From an uncultured cyanobacterium (GTDB lineage Bacteria > Cyanobacteriota > Cyanobacteriia > Leptolyngbyales > Leptolyngbyaceae), in contig CAVYAN010000069.1 in the NCBI GenBank assembly GCA_963766075.1, positions 1-31,390 on the forward strand: 31,390 bases of DNA, given 5' to 3'. The notes beneath the pieces are model-generated. The model was given only the letters and a program-made list of their open reading frames with translations, was not told the origin of the DNA and made no database searches. The position numbers and the translations under genes were made by a program. Position 1 is the stretch's first letter; each line of letters opens with the position of its first letter. Shown here in pieces: positions 16,861 through 30,716 of the stretch.

Positions 16861-19800
16861 ATGACAGAGCAGACATTCAACACCCCCGCCTTCACTTTAC
16901 CAGACCTGGTTGAGATTCAGCGGGCTAGCTTCCGCTGGTTCCTGGAGGAAGGTTTGATCGAAGAGCTAGAAAGCTTTTCCCCCATTACTGACTACACGGG
17001 AAAGTTAGAGCTGCACTTCGTTGGCAAAGATTATAAGCTGAAGCGTCCAAAGTACGATGTTGATGAGGCCAAGCGCCGCGACAGTACCTACGCCGTCCAG
17101 ATGTACGTCCCTACCCGCTTAATTAATAAGGAGACGGGGGAAATCAAGGAACAAGAGGTATTCATCGGTGACCTGCCCTTGATGACTGATCGCGGCACCT
17201 TCATTATCAATGGGGCTGAGCGGGTCATTGTTAACCAAATCGTGCGCAGCCCTGGGGTCTACTACAAGTCTGAAACCGATAAAAACGGACGACGTACCTA
17301 TAATGCAAGCTTGATCCCCAACCGAGGGGCGTGGCTAAAGTTTGAGACGGATAAAAACGATCTGGTGTGGGTCCGGATTGATAAAACCCGCAAGCTCTCC
17401 GCGCAAGTCCTCCTAAAGGCGCTGGGTTTGAGTGATAGCGAAATCTTTGACTCCCTGCGACATCCGGAATACTTCCAGAAAACCATCGAAAAAGAAGGAC
17501 AGTTTGGCGAAGAGGAAGCCCTGCTAGAACTGTATCGGAAACTGCGGCCCGGGGAGCCGCCGACGGTTTCTGGAGGGCAGCAACTGTTGGATTCGCGCTT
17601 CTTTGATCCCAAGCGGTACGACCTGGGTAAAGTCGGGCGGTATAAGTTGAACCGCAAGCTGCGGCTGAGTGTGCCGGAGCCGACACGCGTGTTGACCCCA
17701 ACGGATATTTTGGCGGCGATCGACTACTTGATCAATCTAGAGTTTGACATCGGCACGATCGACGACATCGACCATCTAGGCAATCGACGTGTTCGCTCCG
17801 TGGGTGAATTGCTACAAAACCAGGTGCGTGTCGGCTTAAATCGCTTGGAGCGGATTATCCGCGAACGCATGACTGTTTCAGATGCTGAGACGCTGACTCC
17901 GGCCTCTCTGGTTAACCCTAAGCCTTTAGTGGCGGCCATCAAGGAATTCTTTGGTTCCTCCCAACTTTCTCAGTTCATGGACCAAACAAATCCCCTCGCT
18001 GAGTTGACCCACAAACGGCGGTTAAGTGCCCTCGGCCCAGGGGGGTTAACGCGAGAACGGGCAGGTTTCGCCGTCCGAGATATTCACCCGTCTCACTATG
18101 GCCGGATTTGCCCAATTGAAACGCCGGAAGGTCCAAACGCAGGTCTAATTGGGTCGCTGGCGACCCATGCCCGCGTGAATGCCTACGGATTTATCGAAAC
18201 CCCTTTTTGCAAGGTAGAGAACGGCAAAGTGCGCCGCGACATTGCGCCGCTTTATATGACGGCGGATGAAGAAGATGATCTGCGCGTCGCAGCAGGTGAT
18301 GTGGCCATGGACGAAGAGGGTAACCTTCAGGGTGAACAAGTCCCCGTCCGCTACCGCCAGGAATTCACAACGACGACGCCGGATGAAGTGGATTATGTGG
18401 CGGTTTCCCCAGTGCAGATTATTTCTGTGGCCACTTCACTGATTCCGTTCCTGGAACACGATGATGCTAACCGCGCCCTCATGGGCTCGAACATGCAACG
18501 GCAGGCAGTACCGCTGTTGCGCCCCGAACGGCCCTTGGTGGGGACTGGTTTGGAAGCCCAGGCGGCCCGTGACTCGGGGATGGTCATTGTTAGCCGTACC
18601 GATGGAGAAGTGACCTATGTGGCAGCCGATCGCCTCCGCGTTCGTGACCCCCAAGGGCGCGAAATCGAATATCAAGTTCAAAAGTACCAGCGCTCTAACC
18701 AAGATACCTGTCTGAACCAGCGACCCATCGTCTTTGCGGGTGACAAGGTGGTGGCTGGCCAGATCTTGGCGGATGGATCGGCGACGGAAAAAGGTGAATT
18801 GGCCTTGGGTCAAAATATTTTGGTCGCCTACATGCCCTGGGAAGGCTACAACTACGAGGACGCCATCCTGATCAGTGAGCGGCTGGTGTCCGAGGATGTG
18901 TACACCTCAATTCACATTGAGAAGTTCGAAATCGAAGCCCGTCAAACCAAGCTGGGCCCTGAGGAAATCACTCGGGAAATTCCCAACGTGGGTGAAGATT
19001 CCCTCCGGCAGTTGGATGAAACGGGCATTATCCGCAAAGGAGCCTGGGTCGAGTCTGGAGATATCCTTGTGGGTAAAGTTACCCCTAAGGGCGAATCCGA
19101 TCAGCCCCCAGAAGAAAAGTTGCTGCGGGCCATCTTCGGAGAAAAGGCTCGAGATGTGCGGGATAACTCTCTACGGGTGCCCAATGGTGAGAAGGGGCGC
19201 GTCGTTGACGTACGGGTGTTTACCCGAGAGCAGGGTGACGAGTTGCCCCCTGGGGCAAATATGGTTGTCCGGGTTTATGTGGCTCAGAAGCGGAAAATTC
19301 AAGTTGGGGACAAGATGGCGGGTCGCCACGGGAATAAGGGGATTATTTCCCGAATTTTGCCTCTGGAAGACATGCCTTACCTCCCCGATGGATCGCCCGT
19401 CGATATTGTGCTGAACCCTCTTGGGGTGCCTTCGCGGATGAATGTGGGTCAAGTGTATGAGTGCCTGCTGGCCTGGGCTGGGGAAAACCTGGACGTTCGG
19501 TTTAAGGTGGTTCCTTTCGATGAAATGCACGGCGAGGAGAAGTCGCGGGAAACGGTTCATGGCAAGCTCCAGGAAGCCGAGGAAATCCTGGCAAAGCCTT
19601 GGCTCTATAACCCCAAGAATCCCGGCAAAATTCAGGTCTATGACGGGCGCACGGGCGAGCCCTTTGATCGTCCGGTGACTGTAGGTAAAGCCTACATGCT
19701 GAAACTGGTGCACTTAGTGGATGACAAGATTCATGCTCGTTCCACGGGGCCGTACTCTCTGGTAACGCAGCAGCCCTTGGGCGGCAAAGCACAGCAGGGT

Positions 19801-20157
19801 GGACAGCGCTTTGGGGAAATGGAAGTATGGGCGCTGGAAGCCTTTGGGGCTGCCTATACGCTGCAGGAATTGCTGACTGTGAAGTCAGATGACATGCAGG
19901 GGCGAAATGAAGCGCTGAATGCGATCGTTAAGGGCAAAGCTATCCCGCGCCCTGGTACTCCGGAGTCCTTTAAGGTGCTGATGCGTGAGCTACAATCCCT
20001 TTGCCTCGATGTGGCTGTTCATAAATTGGATACCCGCGAGGATGGTGATAACCGTGACACCGAGGTCGATTTGATGGCCGATGCGGTCGTGCGTCGGGCA
20101 CCATCCCGGCCAACTTATGAGTCGATTTCTCGGGATGAAATGGATGATGACGAGTAG
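16861..20157 (+). CDS. rpoB: RNA polymerase beta subunit
   Basis: [52 protein letters not shown] upstream. Confidence 0.99.
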   Translation: MTEQTFNTPAFTLPDLVEIQRASFRWFLEEGLIEELESFSPITDYTGKLELHFVGKDYKLKRPKYDVDEAKRRDSTYAVQMYVPTRLINKETGEIKEQEVFIGDLPLMTDRGTFIINGAERVIVNQIVRSPGVYYKSETDKNGRRTYNASLIPNRGAWLKFETDKNDLVWVRIDKTRKLSAQVLLKALGLSDSEIFDSLRHPEYFQKTIEKEGQFGEEEALLELYRKLRPGEPPTVSGGQQLLDSRFFDPKRYDLGKVGRYKLNRKLRLSVPEPTRVLTPTDILAAIDYLINLEFDIGTIDDIDHLGNRRVRSVGELLQNQVRVGLNRLERIIRERMTVSDAETLTPASLVNPKPLVAAIKEFFGSSQLSQFMDQTNPLAELTHKRRLSALGPGGLTRERAGFAVRDIHPSHYGRICPIETPEGPNAGLIGSLATHARVNAYGFIETPFCKVENGKVRRDIAPLYMTADEEDDLRVAAGDVAMDEEGNLQGEQVPVRYRQEFTTTTPDEVDYVAVSPVQIISVATSLIPFLEHDDANRALMGSNMQRQAVPLLRPERPLVGTGLEAQAARDSGMVIVSRTDGEVTYVAADRLRVRDPQGREIEYQVQKYQRSNQDTCLNQRPIVFAGDKVVAGQILADGSATEKGELALGQNILVAYMPWEGYNYEDAILISERLVSEDVYTSIHIEKFEIEARQTKLGPEEITREIPNVGEDSLRQLDETGIIRKGAWVESGDILVGKVTPKGESDQPPEEKLLRAIFGEKARDVRDNSLRVPNGEKGRVVDVRVFTREQGDELPPGANMVVRVYVAQKRKIQVGDKMAGRHGNKGIISRILPLEDMPYLPDGSPVDIVLNPLGVPSRMNVGQVYECLLAWAGENLDVRFKVVPFDEMHGEEKSRETVHGKLQEAEEILAKPWLYNPKNPGKIQVYDGRTGEPFDRPVTVGKAYMLKLVHLVDDKIHARSTGPYSLVTQQPLGGKAQQGGQRFGEMEVWALEAFGAAYTLQELLTVKSDDMQGRNEALNAIVKGKAIPRPGTPESFKVLMRELQSLCLDVAVHKLDTREDGDNRDTEVDLMADAVVRRAPSRPTYESISRDEMDDDE

Positions 20158-20219
20158 GGAGTTGTGGGCAGAGCGTTAGTCTGCCTTCGCTCCGGCATTC
20201 GCGCCAATCGTTATGCAGC

Positions 20220-20255
20220 GCGACTCGCGGGCCTCTGGACAAAGCCGCGAGTCGC
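20220..20255. other. Intergenic stem-loop between rpoB and rpoC1
   Basis: gcgactcgcgg (20220-20230) / ccgcgagtcgc (20245-20255), perfect 11 bp with no immediate U tract. Confidence 0.5.
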
Positions 20256-20310
20256 CAACGTTTTCTAAAAATTGATCAAAGCCATACACTAAATTCGAGG
20301 GACAGTCGTA

Positions 20311-22186
<1,876 letters not shown>

Positions 22187-22260
22187 GACATCTGATGTCG
22201 GGCAGGGAGTTTGGGACTTTGTGACGGGCTTGAATCAACCATTGGCATAGGCGGGTAGAC

Positions 22261-25200
22261 ATGGCAGAGAACGAAAAGCAACTTTTGTTTCGCAACAAGA
22301 TTATCAACAAAGGGCAGCTCACCAAGTTGATGTCTTGGACCTTTACCCACTACGGGACGGCCCGGACGGCCCAGATGGCGGATCGGATTAAGGATCTGGG
22401 CTTCCGTTATGCAACGCGGGCTGGGGTTTCGATCAGTGTTGATGATTTGCAGGTGCCGCCGATTAAGCGCCAGCTTTTGGAGGCGGCGGAAGCGACAATT
22501 CGGGATACGGAAGATCGCTACACACGAGGCGAAATTACCGAGGTTGAGCGTTTCCAGAAGGTGATTGATACGTGGAACGGGGCGAGCGAGGAGTTGAAGG
22601 ATGAGGTAGTGAAAAACTTCCGCGCCAACAACCCCCTGAATTCGGTCTATATGATGGCTTTTTCAGGAGCTCGGGGGAATATTTCCCAGGTGCGGCAGTT
22701 GGTGGGGATGCGGGGCTTGATGGCGAATCCCCAGGGTGAAATTATTGACTTGCCGATTAAGACAAATTTTCGGGAGGGCTTGACGGTTACGGAATATATC
22801 ATTTCCTCCTATGGAGCGCGGAAAGGGTTGGTGGATACCGCTCTGCGGACGGCTGACTCCGGCTACCTGACTCGGCGCTTGGTGGATGTGTCTCAGGATG
22901 TGATTATTCGAGAGTTAGACTGTGGTACCCAGCGCGGTGTGCCTGTACGGGCTATGACGGATGGCGATCGCATCCTGATTCCTCTGAAAAACCGCCTGTT
23001 GGGTCGGGTAGTGGCGGAAGATGTGATCCATGCCGAAACAGGTGCTGTGGTCGCAGCCCGGAACCAAGATATTTCTGATGAATTGGCCGAAGAGATTGGC
23101 AAGTGTGGCGTGGATCATGTGATGGTGCGATCGCCCCTCACCTGCGAAGCGACACGCTCCGTTTGCCAACACTGCTATGGCTGGAGTTTGGCCCATGCCA
23201 AGCTGGTGGATATCGGTGAAGCAGTCGGCATTATTGCGGCTCAATCCATCGGCGAACCGGGAACACAGCTCACCATGCGGACCTTCCACACGGGCGGCGT
23301 GTTTTCTGGGGAACTGGCCCAGCAAGAGCGGGCTAAATTTGATGGTACGGTCAAGTTTCCCAAGAAACTGCGGACCCGCGCCCTGCGGACCCGCCATGGG
23401 GAAGATGCCTACATCGTCGATTCCGTGGAAGCTACCTCCAAAATCGTTCTTGACGGTGGCAAAGAAGGGCAGCAATCTTTCTCGGTGCTGCAAGGTACCA
23501 CCCTGCTGGTGCATGATGGCCAGAAAGTCAAAGCGGGAGAGCTCTTAGCGGAAGTGCCCTTGACCGGGCGATCGCGCAAGACCACGGAAAAAGCGACCAA
23601 AGACGTGTCTTCGGACATGGCTGGAGAAGTCTTTTTTGCGGATTTAGTCTCAGAAGACAAGAAGGATCGGCAGGGCAACACCACTCGAATTGCCCAGCGG
23701 GGTGGGTTGCTGTGGATTCTTTCCGGTGAAGTGTATAACCTGCCACCCGGGGCCGAGCCGATTGTCAAGAATGGCGATCGCATTGCCGCGAACGGGGTCA
23801 TGGCTGAGACCAAACTGGTCACCGAACACGGTGGTACTGTGCGTTTACCCCTGCAGGAAACTGAAGGCAAAGGGGGACGAGAGGTTGAAATTATTACGGC
23901 TTCTGTCCTACTGGACCAAGCTCGCGTCCGAGCGGAAACCAGCCAACGCGGTGACCATTACCTGATTGAAACGGCCCACAACCAAACCTTTTCCCTAAAG
24001 GCCACCCCCGGCACCAAGGTCACCAACAACCAAGTTGTGGCCGAATTAATCGATGACCGCTACAACACACAAACGGGTGGAATTATTAAATACTCCGGTG
24101 TGGAAGTGGGCAAGCGGGGCAAGGCCAAGCAGGGCTACGAGGTGATTAAAGGGGGTACTCTTCTGTGGATTCCCGAAGAGGCCCATGAGGTCAACAAGGA
24201 TATTTCCTTGCTCTTAGTCGAAGATGGTCAATTTGTAGAAGCAGGTACCGAGGTCGTTAAGGATATCTTTTGCCAGAGCAGTGGCGTGATCGAGGTGACG
24301 CAGAAGAACGATATTCTGCGGGAAATCGTTGTCAAGCCCGGTGACCTGCACATGATTGACAGTACCGACGGTATTATTACCCGAGAAGCGGTGTTGGCGA
24401 ATCCTGGTCAGGAAGTGATGCCGGGACTCAAGCTTGATGAAGTTCGCTATGTTGAGTACGTAGAAACCCCGGAAGGTCCGGCCCTACTCCTGCGTCCCGT
24501 CACGGAATTTACCATTCCCGACGAACCCTCTGTACCTAGCCAGGAGTCCACCAGCGAAGAATCTGGGCGCTCCATTAGTCTGAGGGCCATTCAGCGATTG
24601 CCCTATAAGGATGGAGAACGGGTCAAGTCTGTGGAGGGGTTGGAACTATTAAAAACCCAGCTTATCCTAGAAATTGACAAGGATGCGCCCCAATTGGCTG
24701 CCGATATTGAGTTGATTCCCGATGAAACCGAGGCCGACATTATGCGGCTTCAGCTAGTGATTCTGGAATCCCTGGTAATTCGTCGGGATATTTCGGCAGA
24801 TACTACGCAGGGCAGCACTTCCACGAGAATTTTGGTGGAAGACGGCGATCAGATTGCTCCTGGGGCGGTTGTCGCCCGCACCGAGATTCTGTGTAAGGAA
24901 TCGGGTGAGGTCCAGGGGATTCGCGAGGGGATGGAGGCGATTCGTCGGATTCTAGTGGTTCGGGATGCCGACCAGTTGGTGATTGATACCCAAGGCAAGA
25001 CCCCCACAGCGGTACCCAATGATCTTGTCGTAGCAGGCTCGGAGCTGGCACCAGGATTGGTGCTAGAGGAATCTGGCAAGGTGTTACAGGTGAACGGAAA
25101 TCTGGTGACGATGCGCGTTGCGCGTCCTTACCGAGTGTCAGCCGGAGCCGTGCTGCATATTAGTGACGGCGACCTAGTGCAACGGGGGGACAACCTGGTA

Positions 25201-26268
25201 CTGCTGGTGTTTGAACGGGCCAAAACAGGGGATATTATCCAAGGGCTACCTCGGATTGAAGAACTGCTGGAAGCCCGGAAACCGAAAGAAGGCTGTATCT
25301 TGGCGGCGCGTCCCGGCACGGCCCAGGTGGTTTATGCGGAAGATGAGTCGGTGGAAGTTAAAGTGATTGAAGCCGATGGGGTGATGACCGAGTATCTGAT
25401 TGGCCCTGGTCAGAGCGTAATTGTCTCCGACGGTCAAGAAGTGGCGGCATCGGAACCGTTGACGGATGGTCCGCCAAATCCCCACGAATTATTGGAAACC
25501 TACTTCAAATACCGCAAGGAAATTGTGGGTACCCACGATGCCGCACAGGAAGCCATCCAGAAGGTACAGACGTTCCTAGTGAATGAAGTGCAGGGGGTCT
25601 ACCAATCTCAGGGAATTGAGATTTCGGACAAACACATTGAAGTGGTGGTTCGACAAATGACCTCTAAGGCTCGGGTGGATGATGGTGGGGATACCACGAT
25701 GCTCCCGGGTGAATTGGTGGAAATGTACCAAGTGGATCAGGTCAATCAGGCAATGGCGATTACTGGCGGTGCCCCGGCGGACTATACGCCGATGCTGCTG
25801 GGGATTACCAAGGCATCGCTGAATACGGATAGCTTTATTTCGGCAGCCAGCTTCCAAGAAACCACGCGGGTGCTCACGGAAGCGGCGATCGAAGGCAAGT
25901 CTGACTGGTTGCGCGGCCTCAAGGAAAACGTAATTATCGGGCGTTTAATTCCCGCTGGTACGGGTTTCAACGCCTATGAAGAGTCCAATAGTCCGGATGT
26001 AGATCTCTCCTATGAGGGGATTGGCGTGTTTGACGACGACGCTGATCTTCAGGATGTGGTGCTGGACGATCGCACGGCCCGGGTTTACGGACTAGATTCC
26101 TTTGATGAGCGTCCTTCCTACGGTTTTGGCGTGGGAACGGTGAGTGATGCCACCCCACCTGTTTTCTCACCCATCCTGGATGATGATGAACTGATTAGCG
26201 ATGAAACCGCACGGGATGTGGATGAGGACGATGATGATGATCTAATGGATGACGACGAAGAGGATTAA
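22261..26268 (+). CDS. rpoC2: RNA polymerase beta' subunit (cyanobacterial RpoC2)
   Basis: [41 protein letters not shown], large SI3 insertion, [24 protein letters not shown], acidic tail. Confidence 0.99.
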   Translation: MAENEKQLLFRNKIINKGQLTKLMSWTFTHYGTARTAQMADRIKDLGFRYATRAGVSISVDDLQVPPIKRQLLEAAEATIRDTEDRYTRGEITEVERFQKVIDTWNGASEELKDEVVKNFRANNPLNSVYMMAFSGARGNISQVRQLVGMRGLMANPQGEIIDLPIKTNFREGLTVTEYIISSYGARKGLVDTALRTADSGYLTRRLVDVSQDVIIRELDCGTQRGVPVRAMTDGDRILIPLKNRLLGRVVAEDVIHAETGAVVAARNQDISDELAEEIGKCGVDHVMVRSPLTCEATRSVCQHCYGWSLAHAKLVDIGEAVGIIAAQSIGEPGTQLTMRTFHTGGVFSGELAQQERAKFDGTVKFPKKLRTRALRTRHGEDAYIVDSVEATSKIVLDGGKEGQQSFSVLQGTTLLVHDGQKVKAGELLAEVPLTGRSRKTTEKATKDVSSDMAGEVFFADLVSEDKKDRQGNTTRIAQRGGLLWILSGEVYNLPPGAEPIVKNGDRIAANGVMAETKLVTEHGGTVRLPLQETEGKGGREVEIITASVLLDQARVRAETSQRGDHYLIETAHNQTFSLKATPGTKVTNNQVVAELIDDRYNTQTGGIIKYSGVEVGKRGKAKQGYEVIKGGTLLWIPEEAHEVNKDISLLLVEDGQFVEAGTEVVKDIFCQSSGVIEVTQKNDILREIVVKPGDLHMIDSTDGIITREAVLANPGQEVMPGLKLDEVRYVEYVETPEGPALLLRPVTEFTIPDEPSVPSQESTSEESGRSISLRAIQRLPYKDGERVKSVEGLELLKTQLILEIDKDAPQLAADIELIPDETEADIMRLQLVILESLVIRRDISADTTQGSTSTRILVEDGDQIAPGAVVARTEILCKESGEVQGIREGMEAIRRILVVRDADQLVIDTQGKTPTAVPNDLVVAGSELAPGLVLEESGKVLQVNGNLVTMRVARPYRVSAGAVLHISDGDLVQRGDNLVLLVFERAKTGDIIQGLPRIEELLEARKPKEGCILAARPGTAQVVYAEDESVEVKVIEADGVMTEYLIGPGQSVIVSDGQEVAASEPLTDGPPNPHELLETYFKYRKEIVGTHDAAQEAIQKVQTFLVNEVQGVYQSQGIEISDKHIEVVVRQMTSKARVDDGGDTTMLPGELVEMYQVDQVNQAMAITGGAPADYTPMLLGITKASLNTDSFISAASFQETTRVLTEAAIEGKSDWLRGLKENVIIGRLIPAGTGFNAYEESNSPDVDLSYEGIGVFDDDADLQDVVLDDRTARVYGLDSFDERPSYGFGVGTVSDATPPVFSPILDDDELISDETARDVDEDDDDDLMDDDEED

Positions 26269-26347
26269 TCAGGTCAAATGTTTGCGTCATGACTTAGGTT
26301 AACTTATAGGTTAACTTCGGTCTAAACCACTGATTCAAAACTGCTTT

Positions 26348-26386
26348 AAACCAGTGTTTCTGCGATGTCAGAGGCACTGGTTTTTT
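26348..26386 (+). terminator. Rho-independent terminator of the rpo operon
   Basis: aaaccagtgtttctg...cagaggcactgg followed by tttttt. Confidence 0.85.
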
Positions 26387-26484
26387 GCTGATCTGGTCGT
26401 GAGCGGGCACCGTTTAATGGATGGGCTTAGTTAAGAAAGATCGGACGTCTGACATTTTGATCGCCGTACCATGCTAGATTACGG

Positions 26485-26665
26485 GGACTCGGAGCCTAGG
26501 GCTTTTAAGAATCCAAGGTTCAAAATCGGGAAAGTCCGGTGCGATTCCGGTACTGTGCCGCAACTGTAATGTGGGTTGATTGGGCAATTGGGCGGAGTTC
26601 ACGTGTTATCACCTGGATGTCCAGCGGGCCAGGGCCCCTCAGTTCACAAGTCAGAACACCGATTT
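26485..26665 (+). ncRNA. Cobalamin riboswitch
   Basis: GGGAAAGTCCGGTGCGATTCCGGTACTGTGCCGCAACTGTAA core (~26528-26569) and B12-box-like AAGTCAGAACACCG (~26648-26661), directly upstream of cob genes. Ends are approximate. Confidence 0.88.
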
Positions 26666-26730
26666 AGCGGGTATCCGGGGCTGTCCCTATTTCACTTATT
26701 CCCTGCGTTGCACGGGGAGCAGGTCACGCT

Positions 26731-28256
26731 ATGTTGTCTGAAATTTCTCCGTCCGCAAGGGCAATCGCTGAAACGGACTTTTCCCAAGCTGTCCCTCAGG
26801 TGGGTGAGACGGTTGATAGTGAGGCGGCTAGAGCCTCGCTCTGTCCGAGTGTCTTACACCCCACTCCGGCTCCCGATGGTGTGCTGTCGCGACTCCGTGT
26901 GGTGGGAGGGCTGTTGACGGCGGTGCAGGCAGAAGCGATCGCTCAATTCGCCGATCGTTTCAGTCAAGGCCGCATCCAAATTACCAACCGAGCTAATATC
27001 CAAATCCGGGGTCAGCAAGCCCTGCCCCCCGAGGCACGGGCCGTCTTGCAGTCCCTCGGGTTAGCCTCTCGCACCGCCGAAGTCGATCATCTCCGCAATA
27101 TCATGCTGAGCCCAACAGCGGGGATTGATGTCCAGAGTCTTTGGGATCCGCGCCCCGTGGCCCATCAATGGGAAGCCTATTTAGCAGATCATCCGGAACT
27201 GGCAATTCTCTCAGCCAAATTTAGTATTGGTTTCGACGGTGGAGAAGCAGCCACCATCAGCGATCGCCCCAATGATATCAGCCTAATCGCCACAATGGCA
27301 GAGGACAGGCTAAATTTGCGCCTGCGGTTGAGTTTGGGCGATCGCGGGCGGCTCCCCAGGATGTCGGGGTTCAACTGGCCCCAGATCAAGTCTTGCCTGC
27401 CCTTGCGGCCTTTGCTCAGGTTTACCACGACTATACGCAGCGGCAAAATGCGCCGCGTTCTCCCCGATTGCGAGAACTGCTGCGGGACTGGGGGGTGGAG
27501 GCCGTATTGCACGCTGTTGCCCAACAGTTGCCGGTGCCGTGGCGGCGCTGTCCGATCCAGTCGCCCCCTCCCTCCCTCCCAATCCACGCGCATTTGGGTC
27601 ACCATCCCCAGCAGCAAACTGGACTATCCTACTGGGGCGTGGCCTTGCCCCTGGGGCAGGTTACCAGCAAGCAACTGCGGGGAATTGTCCACCTGGCGGT
27701 GCACCATGGCAGTGGCCATATCCGATTGACCCCATGGCAAAATCTGCTGATTCCCGATGTCCCCCATGACCAAAGTACTCCGGTGAGCGAGGGTATAGGC
27801 CGTTTAGGCTTATCCACGCGGGCCGACCATCCCTGGGGAGCGATCGTGGCGTGTTCTGGCAGTACAGGATGCTATGCCTCGGCCACGGATACCCAGGCGG
27901 ATGCGATGGCATTGGCTCGGTGCCTGGAGACACGATACCCAGCCCCCGCTGATGAAGCAGGCAGGCAGACAGAGGACATGGGCAAAGAATTCACACGCGC
28001 CCTACCCATGACTTCCTCAGGCTCGCCCCATCGCTTCATTACTATTCATGTCACGGGTTGTGAAAAATCCTGTGCCCAGCACCACCCTGCCGACATCACC
28101 CTTGTGGGGATAAAGCTGGAAGAAGGCTCGGGGTACCGCGTATATGGGGGCGATCGCCCCACGCCCTTTGGTCAAATCCTCCACCCTTTCTGTCCAAGTG
28201 GCCAAATTCCTGACTCTATAGAGTCTTGGCTAGCGCACTGGAGGCAGATTGAGTAA
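26731..28256 (+). CDS. cobG: Precorrin-3B synthase with an apparent frameshift (one base missing) at ~27346-27348
   Basis: CPS...DGVLSRLRV.GG, ITNRANIQIRG, RNIMLSPTAG, LSAKFS, IRLTPWQN, ACSGSTGC, HVTGCEKSC. One added G yields ~508 aa. Lies upstream of cobH/cobI. Confidence 0.88.
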
Positions 28257-28417
28257 GAGCTCAATTCCGGTTTAGATGCCAGATTTAGATCTTTAGTCAG
28301 GTCTTCACCCTAACGTCGGGGCTTTACCCTAACCCTGATTCCTGCCTTTATTACTCCTGATTACTAAGGATATTCAAACTTTTCGCCAGTTATCCCGTTC
28401 AGAATTTTCTTTTTGGC

Positions 28418-29047
28418 ATGCTCGACTATATCCGTGACGGAACCGAGATTTATAAGAACTCCTTTGCCATTATTCGCGCCGAGGCCAATCTTGCCGCTCT
28501 ACCCCAGGGTCTAGAACCCGTTGCGGTGCGGTTGATTCACGCCTGTGGCATGACCGATATTGTCCAGGATTTAGCCTATTCGGCTAACGCGGCGGCAGTC
28601 GGTCGGCTGGCCTTGGCCCAAGGCGCACCTATTTTCTGTGATGCCCAAATGGTCGCGAATGGTGTCACCCGATCGCGCCTGCCTGCCAATAACCCAGTAC
28701 TCTGCACGCTTAACGATCCCCAGGTGGCTGGTTTGGCTCAAACGCTGCAAAATACCCGTTCCGCCGCCGCCCTGGAATTGTGGCGATCGCAGCTTGGGGG
28801 GTCTGTCGTGGCCATTGGTAATGCGCCGACCGCGCTGTTTCGCCTGTTGGAACTGCTGGAGACAGGGGTTGCCAAACCTGCTCTGGTTCTGGGCTTTCCC
28901 GTTGGCTTTGTGGGGGCTGCCGAGTCCAAATCAGCCTTGGCGGCCAACCGTTGGGGCGTCCCATTTATCACCCTGCATGGACGACGCGGCGGCAGTGCCA
29001 TGGCCGCCGCTGCTGTCAATGCATTAGCCCAGGAGCGCGAGATATGA
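28418..29047 (+). CDS. cobH: Precorrin-8X methylmutase
   Basis: IYKNSFAIIRAEA, RLIHACG, TRSAAA, AIGNAPTALF, PVGFVGAAESK, GRRGGSAMAAAAVNAL. Confidence 0.96.
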   Translation: MLDYIRDGTEIYKNSFAIIRAEANLAALPQGLEPVAVRLIHACGMTDIVQDLAYSANAAAVGRLALAQGAPIFCDAQMVANGVTRSRLPANNPVLCTLNDPQVAGLAQTLQNTRSAAALELWRSQLGGSVVAIGNAPTALFRLLELLETGVAKPALVLGFPVGFVGAAESKSALAANRWGVPFITLHGRRGGSAMAAAAVNALAQEREI

Positions 29048-29835
29048 GCAATGTGACCCAGCCTGAAGTGACCCAGCCTGAAGTAACTCAGCCTGAAGAA
29101 AGCCAACTGGAAGGAAGCCAAGGGGCAGACACCCAAACCCCAGGACGGCTGTATGGCTTAGGTATTGGCCCCGGCGATCCGGAACTGCTGACCCTCAAGG
29201 CCCATCGGATTTTGACCTCCGTACCCGTAATTGCCTATCCGACGATGGAAAATGGCAAGGTGTTGGCGCGGGCGATCGTCAGTGATTTTATTTCTCCCCG
29301 TCAGATTGAGTTGCCGATGCCATTGCCGTTTAGTGTAGAGCGATCGTCCCAGCCCTATTACGACATTGCTGCCGCTAAGATTGCCGAGCATTTAGCGGCA
29401 GGCCGGGATGTGGCGGTGCTGTGCGAAGGCGAGCCAATGCTGTACGGGTCGTTTATGTACATTTTTAATCGGCTGGCCGGACAGTTTAAGACGGAGGTGG
29501 TGCCGGGAATTTCCTCTACCTACGCCAGTGCAGCCATGCTGGGGGCACCCTTGACCTACCGTAATGATGTGCTGAGCATTATGCCAGCCACCCTGGATGC
29601 GGCGACCTTGCGCGATCGCCTTGCGGTGGCCGATGCGGCCGTGATTATTAAACTGGGCCGCCACTTTGCCAAAGTTCGGGAGGTGCTGCAAACCCTGGGC
29701 CAGTTTGATCGCGCCCTGTATATCGAACGCGCCACCATGCCCAACCAGGTGATTCGCCCCATCGCTGAAGTGGATGCCACCACGGTCCCTTACTGGGCGT
29801 TGATTCTCATTCCGAGCCAAACTCAACCGCAATAA
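29044..29835 (+). CDS. cobI: Precorrin-2 C20-methyltransferase
   Basis: GRLYGLGIGPGDPELLTLKA, LCEGEPMLYGSFMY, VVPGISS, IIKLGRH. ATG 29044 overlaps the cobH stop (ATGA). Confidence 0.93.
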   Translation: MSNVTQPEVTQPEVTQPEESQLEGSQGADTQTPGRLYGLGIGPGDPELLTLKAHRILTSVPVIAYPTMENGKVLARAIVSDFISPRQIELPMPLPFSVERSSQPYYDIAAAKIAEHLAAGRDVAVLCEGEPMLYGSFMYIFNRLAGQFKTEVVPGISSTYASAAMLGAPLTYRNDVLSIMPATLDAATLRDRLAVADAAVIIKLGRHFAKVREVLQTLGQFDRALYIERATMPNQVIRPIAEVDATTVPYWALILIPSQTQPQ

Positions 29836-29873
29836 GCAGGGTAGGAACTGGGGTGGCCGCAGTTGCAGGACCC

Positions 29874-30635
29874 TCAGGCCAAAAGCAGCGCTTGGGCCTG
29901 GGCCATATCGAAGTAGGGAGTCCCAAGACTTTGGCCTCGGAGCACCTGAAAAGGCAGATCGGGTTCGCCCAGGTGGTCCAGCACTAGATCTGCCTCAGAA
30001 AAATCCTGATGACGGGTATAATCATTTACCGTAATCACAGTTTTCAAGCGGGCTTGGGAAGAGGACTTCCAGCCGGGATAGGAGTCTTCAAACGCAAGGC
30101 AAACGTCGGGATCTAGCCCCAGCTTGTCGAGGGTATAGAGGTAGATATCAGGGGCGGGCTTTTTCGCCGGAACAATATCACCCGCTGCGATAATTTCAAA
30201 CCAGTGCAAACTGTCTGGGCCTAGGGTTGTTTCTAGAAGCGCGGAGACGTTTTCGGGAGTGGTCGTGGTGGCGATCGCCAATCGGATGCCCTGCGATCGC
30301 GCTTCGGTCAATAGTCGCCGCACACCGGGACGCAAGGGCACAACGTTATCAGCAATTAATTGCTTATAGTGCTGGGTCTTGGCCCGATGCAGCGCCGCAG
30401 CCCAAGCGGGAATATCAGCAGCAGGCTGAAAGCCGGGATGGTCCGTTTTGAGATAGTACTGAATCCGCTCTTTGCCCCCGGTCACATGCAGCAGGTCGCC
30501 ATACTTGGACACAGACCACTCCCAATCTAAGCCCGCCTCTGCAAAGGCTCGATTAAAGGCAACGCGATGGCCGTCGCGTTCGGTATCGGCGAGGGTGCCA
30601 TCCACATCAAAAATCAAGGCTTGTAGGGCAGGCAT
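29874..30635 (-). CDS. cbbY: HAD-superfamily hydrolase, CbbY-like
   Basis: LIFDVDGTLADTERDGHRVAFN, GGKERI, ATTTT, KKPAPDIY, FEDS. Confidence 0.85.
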   Translation of the reverse strand: MPALQALIFDVDGTLADTERDGHRVAFNRAFAEAGLDWEWSVSKYGDLLHVTGGKERIQYYLKTDHPGFQPAADIPAWAAALHRAKTQHYKQLIADNVVPLRPGVRRLLTEARSQGIRLAIATTTTPENVSALLETTLGPDSLHWFEIIAAGDIVPAKKPAPDIYLYTLDKLGLDPDVCLAFEDSYPGWKSSSQARLKTVITVNDYTRHQDFSEADLVLDHLGEPDLPFQVLRGQSLGTPYFDMAQAQALLLA

Positions 30636-30716
30636 GGGAATTCCACGGTAAAGGTACGCTCCTCATTTTTGCGGAGTTTGGGGATCGGTCGCAACATTTT
30701 TAGGCATCATCCTGTT

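Noticed and set aside
23300..25230. Large insertion in rpoC2 as a novelty
   Set aside because: This is the established cyanobacterial SI3 insertion. Coordinates are approximate.
28951..29043. Upstream start for cobI
   Set aside because: Overlaps cobH by ~95 nt. ATG 29044 gives the usual ATGA coupling.
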